The notes beneath the pieces are model-generated. The model was not told where the DNA came from. It was given only the letters and a program-made list of their open reading frames with translations, and ran no database searches. A DNA stretch of 64,000 nucleotides from Mantamonas sphyraenae STR306 (lineage: Eukaryota; Protista; CRuMs), in NCBI GenBank assembly GCA_026936335.1, contig JAPMXV010000056.1, positions 124,001-188,000 of the forward strand, read 5' to 3'. Below are positions 58,982-64,000 of this stretch, piece after piece (the first letter of the stretch is position 1; each line of letters opens with the position of its first letter). The translations under genes and the position numbers were made by a program.

Positions 58982-60011
58982 ATGTCCTCGCGCATGTCCA
59001 TGGTCCGTCTGGGCCGCGAGATGAAGATGTTGGCAACTCAGCCGCCTCCGGGCGTTGCCGCCTGGCCTGCAGACGACACGGATAATCTCACATCCATTGA
59101 AGCCACCCTTGAGGGGCCACCGGGGTCTCCTTTTGAAGGGGGCCTTTTCCACCTCCACGTTTCCATCCCCAACGAGTAGGTGTGGCTGGCTGGGTTCCCG
59201 AGATCGGTTCCACATGACACTCACCCGCGTGCGCACTCAGATACCCAATCGCACCGCCCAAAATCAAGTTCACCACCCCTATTTATCACCCCAACATCGA
59301 CTCTGGTGGACGCATCTGCCTGGACACCCTCAATCCACCGCCAAAGGGTGTTTGGAAGCCTGCACTCAACCTCCCCACAGTCCTCACCTCCATCCGGCTG
59401 CTTATGGATCAACCCAACCCAGACGATGGCCTCATGCCCGATATTGTGAGTACACGCAAGAGGGTATGCGAGAGATTGAGTGTCTGTGTGTGATATGCAC
59501 CCTCGCTGACGCCCCGAAACATCCGCACATCCTTCAGACCAGCGAGTACAAAAACAACTACCCGCGCTTCGTACAAACAGCCACACAGTGGACACGCAAA
59601 CACGCCATGCAGGAAAGCGTCACAAACACCGCCTCTGATCCCATCGACGTTGAAGAAACGGTCAACGTCGACATTGCTGATCACACCACCACGGCTGCCC
59701 CGCACCACAGCCTGTCAGAAAAGGACAACGACGACGACGACGACGCCCAGTCCCTGGATGACTTTGCCCTGTTTGCTCCGCTGCCACCGGAGCCCATCCC
59801 CATCTCTCTCAAGCGCAAGGGTGTGCCTTTGTCCAGTCTTCGTGACGACGACGACAACGACGACGGCATCGTTCCCGATTCAGACGAGGAACAAGACGAC
59901 GACGGGGACGATGAGGCGCACGTGTCCTCAGACGACAAACGCCAACGCATCGCAGCCTCCCAGCAAGAGGTGGAAGCGCTGGCTGACTTTGAGTGGGCCG
60001 ATTTTCCATGA
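58982..60011 (+). CDS. UBE2T: Ubiquitin-conjugating enzyme E2 T-like (3 exons)
   Basis: [36 protein letters not shown]. Confidence 0.88.
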
Positions 60012-60026
60012 ATTACACTACTTTGT

Positions 60027-61381
60027 TTAGTAGATGGCCACATCGGCATCCACCTCCTTGGCGTAGGCAGTGAGACCGCCCACCACGTCCTTGTGTCCCT
60101 TCATGCCCAGCTCTGCCAGGGCCTGGTGCGCACGTTGCGAAGCGTTGCCTCGACGACACATCAACACAAGCTGCACAGGCTTGCCCGTGCGTTCTCCCAT
60201 TGTCTTCATCTGCAAATCCAGCGATTCCTTTGTTTCCTGTGTCAGGTCCCCCACTGGGATGTTGATTGCTTCCGGAAGGTGCACAATGTCAAACTGCAGC
60301 TTCGGACGCACATCCACAAGCAGCAACGCCTGCTCTGCATCGTCCTCCCGAAGAGCCGCCAAATCGTGCACGCTCATCCGTTGCGACTGTTCCACCAGTT
60401 CCAGAGGGGCTTTGGCCTTGTCGTCTGCTGGCATGCCGCAGAACTGCTCATAGTCCACAAGTGCGTCCAGCGTGATGGTCGGCTCGTCGCCACACACCGC
60501 ACACCCTGACTGACGTCCTCGCAGACGTGCCACTCGTATGCGTCCTTCGCTACCGTCAAAGTACATCATCTTGCCGTCGTAAGACGCCTCCTTGCCCATG
60601 GCCAGCTTCAACACTTCCAGCGCCTGTAGCGTGCCCACAATGCCCACCACGGGCCCAAAGATGCCACCGTCGCTGCAGTTGGTCACCTGTGACGCCGGTG
60701 GGGGCTCTGGAAACACGCAGCGGTAACACGGGCTGCTGGGTGACGCGCCGTACACAGCAAGCTGGCCGTCCATCTTCAGCGCCGACCCAGACACCAGGGG
60801 CTTGCCAAGGATCACACACACGTCACTGACCAGATATCTTGTAGCCACATTGTCCGATGCATCCACCACAATATCGTATGGGAGCACCAGCTCCACCGCG
60901 TTCGCCGAATTGAACAGCGTTTCGTGCGCCACAAACTCCACGTCGCTGTTCAGGCTCTTTACGCTCTGCTCCGCCGATGCCACCTTGCTCTCGCCCACCC
61001 TTGCCTCGGTGTGCATCACCTGCCGCTGAAGGTTGCTCAGCTCGACGCTGTCGTAGTCCACCACGCCAAGCTTCCCGATCCCGGCTGCCGCCAGATACAG
61101 ACACACGGGCGAGCCCAGCCCACCTGCACCCAGTACAAGCACACTGCTCCTGCGGATTGCCTTTTGGCCCTCCACGCCAACGTATGGCACAAGCAAGTGT
61201 CGCGAGTACCGTGCGATTTCCTCTTTGTTCAGTCCGTCGTCCTCCTTGCTTGCTCCGCCACTGCTACCTCGCCACTGCTGCTCTTCCCATCATCTTGCTT
61301 CTTCTCCGACTGTGCTTCCTCCAACTGTCTGCGCAGTCTGGCATTTTCTGCCATCAGCGCTGCGACGTCCTTTTCGCTCAT
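60027..61381 (-). CDS. MOCS3: MOCS3/Uba4 adenylyltransferase-sulfurtransferase (frameshift at ~61270)
   Basis: EIARYSRHLL, GAGGLG, SNLQRQ, CYRC..P.PP, rhodanese CRRGN loop. Confidence 0.93.
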
Positions 61382-61453
61382 GTTCGGTGGATCGAAACTC
61401 GATTTTGCTGAGTCATGCAGCGCATGTGCCCATCATTCATTGCTCTTGTGCCC

Positions 61454-64000
61454 TTAGAGAATTCCCGTCGAATTTAGTGTTTGGACCACAATCTCGTAGC
61501 GCTCCTGGTCCAGAATCATCTCGTACGCCTCCATTTCCTCCTCCTCGTTCATGTCGTCCACGGCGTGGTCACGCAGATACTCCAACGCACTCTGCAGCAC
61601 CGTCAGGTAGTACCCATCCATGCCGTTCAGCCTCTCCTGGTCTCCAAGGTGCCGCAGCATGGTCGCCGTCGCTGCTGGCCGCTGGATGCCCGACTTGACC
61701 AACACAAAGATAAAGATGGGCACAAAGTCGTCTGCACCCAGAAACTCTTGTTCCTTCTTCTTGCCAAACGCCAACAGCGAGCGCTTGTTCAGAATGGCAT
61801 TGGCGTTCTCAGACACCATTTTCGCTGCCCCGTTCAGCGTGGCCAGCTTTTCCGCTGGCAGTGCCTGTTCATCGATGCGCTTCATCTCTTGTACAGCCAG
61901 ACGCCATCCGTTGCTGGAGATGAGGTCTTTGCGCACACCAAAGTACTCTTGCGTGTGGTCTTGCAGCAGTCGAAACTTGCGCTGCAGCACGCCGTCGTCA
62001 TGAGACACATGGCCACGACACACCTCGGTGATATGGTCCATCAGAGGCAACATCACCGCCCTTTCCATGCTCAGCTCCAGCAATCGGTCGACGTCCAACA
62101 CCGAATCGTCGTCGCTCACTTGCTTCAGCTTTACACACATCATGTCGATGTCTGCACCGTATGCGTCCACCATATGATTCTTCATCCCGTCCACAAAGTA
62201 CCGCAGGTTGTGTGCCATCGGCTCGAAACTCGAATTCTCCGCATCCTTTGTGAAGCGCCGCACAAACTTGAAGATTGTGTTTCCTTCGGCTTGCCTGCGG
62301 TCAAACAGACGCAGATCCAGAAACTCTGTGACGCGTGTCTCTTCGCTCAGTCCGGTCATTTTCTCCAGCTTGTTTGCGTTGCTGTTTGTGCGGCGTGTGC
62401 GAAACGACATCTGCTCCTCCTCGTCGTCCTCCAGGTCCAGTCCCAGGCCCAGCTCCAGATTCAACACTGTTTCCATGTCTCTGTTGCGCCTGCTGGATGT
62501 CTCTGACAGCAACCTGCCTCGTTGCTCTGCCAGCTTCTTGTGAAAGTGTGTGTGGCGCAATCGGAACTTGGCCTTGCGGTTGGTCACCTCGGCGACAATC
62601 TGCGACGCAAGCTCCGCCTCCAATTTGAAGAGCTCGCGTTCGGGTCCCACGATGCTCAACGTGTTGACGTCCAGCAGCCTCGCCTGTGCAATGTCCGACC
62701 AGAACAGCGCCACCTTGATCTCCATCTCCTTCTCCTTGCCGCCTCCGCCGCCGCTTGTCTCTCCACCACCGCTGCCTGTCGTGTCAAACGAGGAGCGGTT
62801 GGGCGAGTCGCCGCTGCCTGCCAGCAATGGGACCTCGGTCGCCTCGTCCACATCGAGCTCGTCGTCTTCAAAGGCATCCGACGCTTTGCCGCCGCCGGTG
62901 CTGCCGCTGCTACTGGAACTGCCACTGCTGCTGGAACTGCCCATGCGCGTGCGAGCCAGGTTAAACACAGGCACGCTGCTTTCGTCGCTGCTGGGCGTGC
63001 GTTCGCGCGATGTGCTGCCCAGGCGCGATCGTGGTGTGCCAAATCGAGGCTGCGCTTTGTACAGGATGAGCTGGTCTGTGGTCAGCACCAGCGTGCGCAT
63101 CGTCTTTTTGAAGAACGTCACCTCGGTCACTTCAAACTTCAACGTGGGGAACACCACCGTCCTGCTTTTTGCCAACACCTGCTGCTCCTCCTCGTCGAAA
63201 TTGGCCAGTTCGTCGTCGTAGTGGTACGACATGGGCATGGAAGGACTCGTCTCGTCTGCGGTCTCTCCATTGGCGGCGCTCGAGGTCGTGGAAGAGCCTG
63301 CATCTGCGCTCCCGTTCTCAACCTCTGTCTCCTCGTCCTCGTCCACCTCGGGCAGTTCGCTCATCAGCAACATGGCATAGCGATCGAGTACAAACCGTTC
63401 CACTTTGTCCTCGTTGGCATCCTGTGCCAGGAGCATGTCCTCGGGTGGCGGGAACAGCACGCGCGCACGCACATTGCCCATGCTACGAAGCCACTCCACC
63501 TCATCTGCTTCGTACAAATCCGTTCCGATGATCTTGACCGAACCACTGCGCATGAGCATGCGGTGGACACGGGAGCAGCGGTCGCACACAAAGACACCGG
63601 CCACCGCCGACGTGTGTGTCGTTGCCGAGCGTCCACAGTCAGCACATTGGTGATTGCCGGCCTCTGTGTCCAAATGCACCTGCTTCAGCGTCTCCATCAA
63701 TTCTGTCCCACCCTCCTGCGCCTGCAGCGCTGCCTGCTGCGACGGCACCGACTCGGCATCGCTGGGAAAGGCCAGCACGTCAAACTGGTGGGACGAATTG
63801 TGGTCCACCGACGTCAGCGTCTTGTCCAGTTCTGCTTGGTATGTCTCGATGGATGCCTGTACGTGGCACTCCTCGCAATAGTTCAGTTCCGGGTCGCACG
63901 TTTGGCAGCGGAAGCGGAGGCCGCGAATGGGAAACACCCCACAGCGATTGCACGCCACCTGGTGGCTCGACTCCACACGCATCGTCGACTGTCGCCTCCT
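61454..64000 (-). CDS. ZZ zinc finger - ArfGAP - PH-like - VPS9 domain protein (5' end may lie outside the window)
   Basis: CNRCGVFPIRGLRFRC..C (ZZ), CADC-x16-CDRC-x4-R (ArfGAP), GADDFVPIFIFVLV and GYYLT (VPS9). Confidence 0.85.
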   Translation of the reverse strand, partial: RRRQSTMRVESSHQVACNRCGVFPIRGLRFRCQTCDPELNYCEECHVQASIETYQAELDKTLTSVDHNSSHQFDVLAFPSDAESVPSQQAALQAQEGGTELMETLKQVHLDTEAGNHQCADCGRSATTHTSAVAGVFVCDRCSRVHRMLMRSGSVKIIGTDLYEADEVEWLRSMGNVRARVLFPPPEDMLLAQDANEDKVERFVLDRYAMLLMSELPEVDEDEETEVENGSADAGSSTTSSAANGETADETSPSMPMSYHYDDELANFDEEEQQVLAKSRTVVFPTLKFEVTEVTFFKKTMRTLVLTTDQLILYKAQPRFGTPRSRLGSTSRERTPSSDESSVPVFNLARTRMGSSSSSGSSSSSGSTGGGKASDAFEDDELDVDEATEVPLLAGSGDSPNRSSFDTTGSGGGETSGGGGGKEKEMEIKVALFWSDIAQARLLDVNTLSIVGPERELFKLEAELASQIVAEVTNRKAKFRLRHTHFHKKLAEQRGRLLSETSSRRNRDMETVLNLELGLGLDLEDDEEEQMSFRTRRTNSNANKLEKMTGLSEETRVTEFLDLRLFDRRQAEGNTIFKFVRRFTKDAENSSFEPMAHNLRYFVDGMKNHMVDAYGADIDMMCVKLKQVSDDDSVLDVDRLLELSMERAVMLPLMDHITEVCRGHVSHDDGVLQRKFRLLQDHTQEYFGVRKDLISSNGWRLAVQEMKRIDEQALPAEKLATLNGAAKMVSENANAILNKRSLLAFGKKKEQEFLGADDFVPIFIFVLVKSGIQRPAATATMLRHLGDQERLNGMDGYYLTVLQSALEYLRDHAVDDMNEEEEMEAYEMILDQERYEIVVQTLNSTGIL

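Noticed and set aside
50433-60011. Apparent DNA-repair cluster (XPC, SNM1B, UBE2T), plus Sds22 next to a phosphatase and two U5 snRNP genes in the window
   Set aside because: The genes belong to different pathways and are interleaved with unrelated ones, so chance adjacency in a dense genome is sufficient.
1-64000. Alternative genetic code or stop-codon reassignment
   Set aside because: TAA, TAG and TGA all terminate conserved proteins at expected positions, and I saw no in-frame stops within conserved domains.

Overview
Gene-dense (about 36 genes in 64 kb), GC-rich nuclear DNA of a unicellular eukaryote. It has short GT-AG introns, the standard genetic code and intergenic gaps that are often under 100 bp. 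The gene complement (CmfA-like proteins, a Ppg1-type phosphatase, an INI1-type winged helix, an RPEL-only protein, twinfilin) suggests an amoebozoan or obazoan-grade protist, but that is inference. Most genes are housekeeping: POLA1 5' end, Rheb, CUL3, Sds22, MBOAT, nucleolin, CD2BP2, METTL17, CoaE, Cdc6-like, PRP28, XPC, SNM1B, UBE2T and MOCS3. The most striking structure is a pair of inverted, intron-containing, near-identical CmfA-like secreted hydrolase genes (29613-31933 and 41842-44168) bracketing a 9.9-kb gene block. Their identity stops at the CDS edges and their amino-acid differences cluster in the catalytic C-terminus. Other notable items are a lipase with an approximately 280-aa insert in its catalytic core, a ZZ-ArfGAP-VPS9 fusion, a NELF-E-like protein, a stand-alone INI1 winged-helix protein, E2F-like sites in the POLA1 intron, and six frameshifts in conserved genes that are probably assembly indels. 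I saw no rRNA, tRNA, CRISPR or transposon. All family assignments come from motif recognition by eye, not database searches, and some exon borders are approximate.
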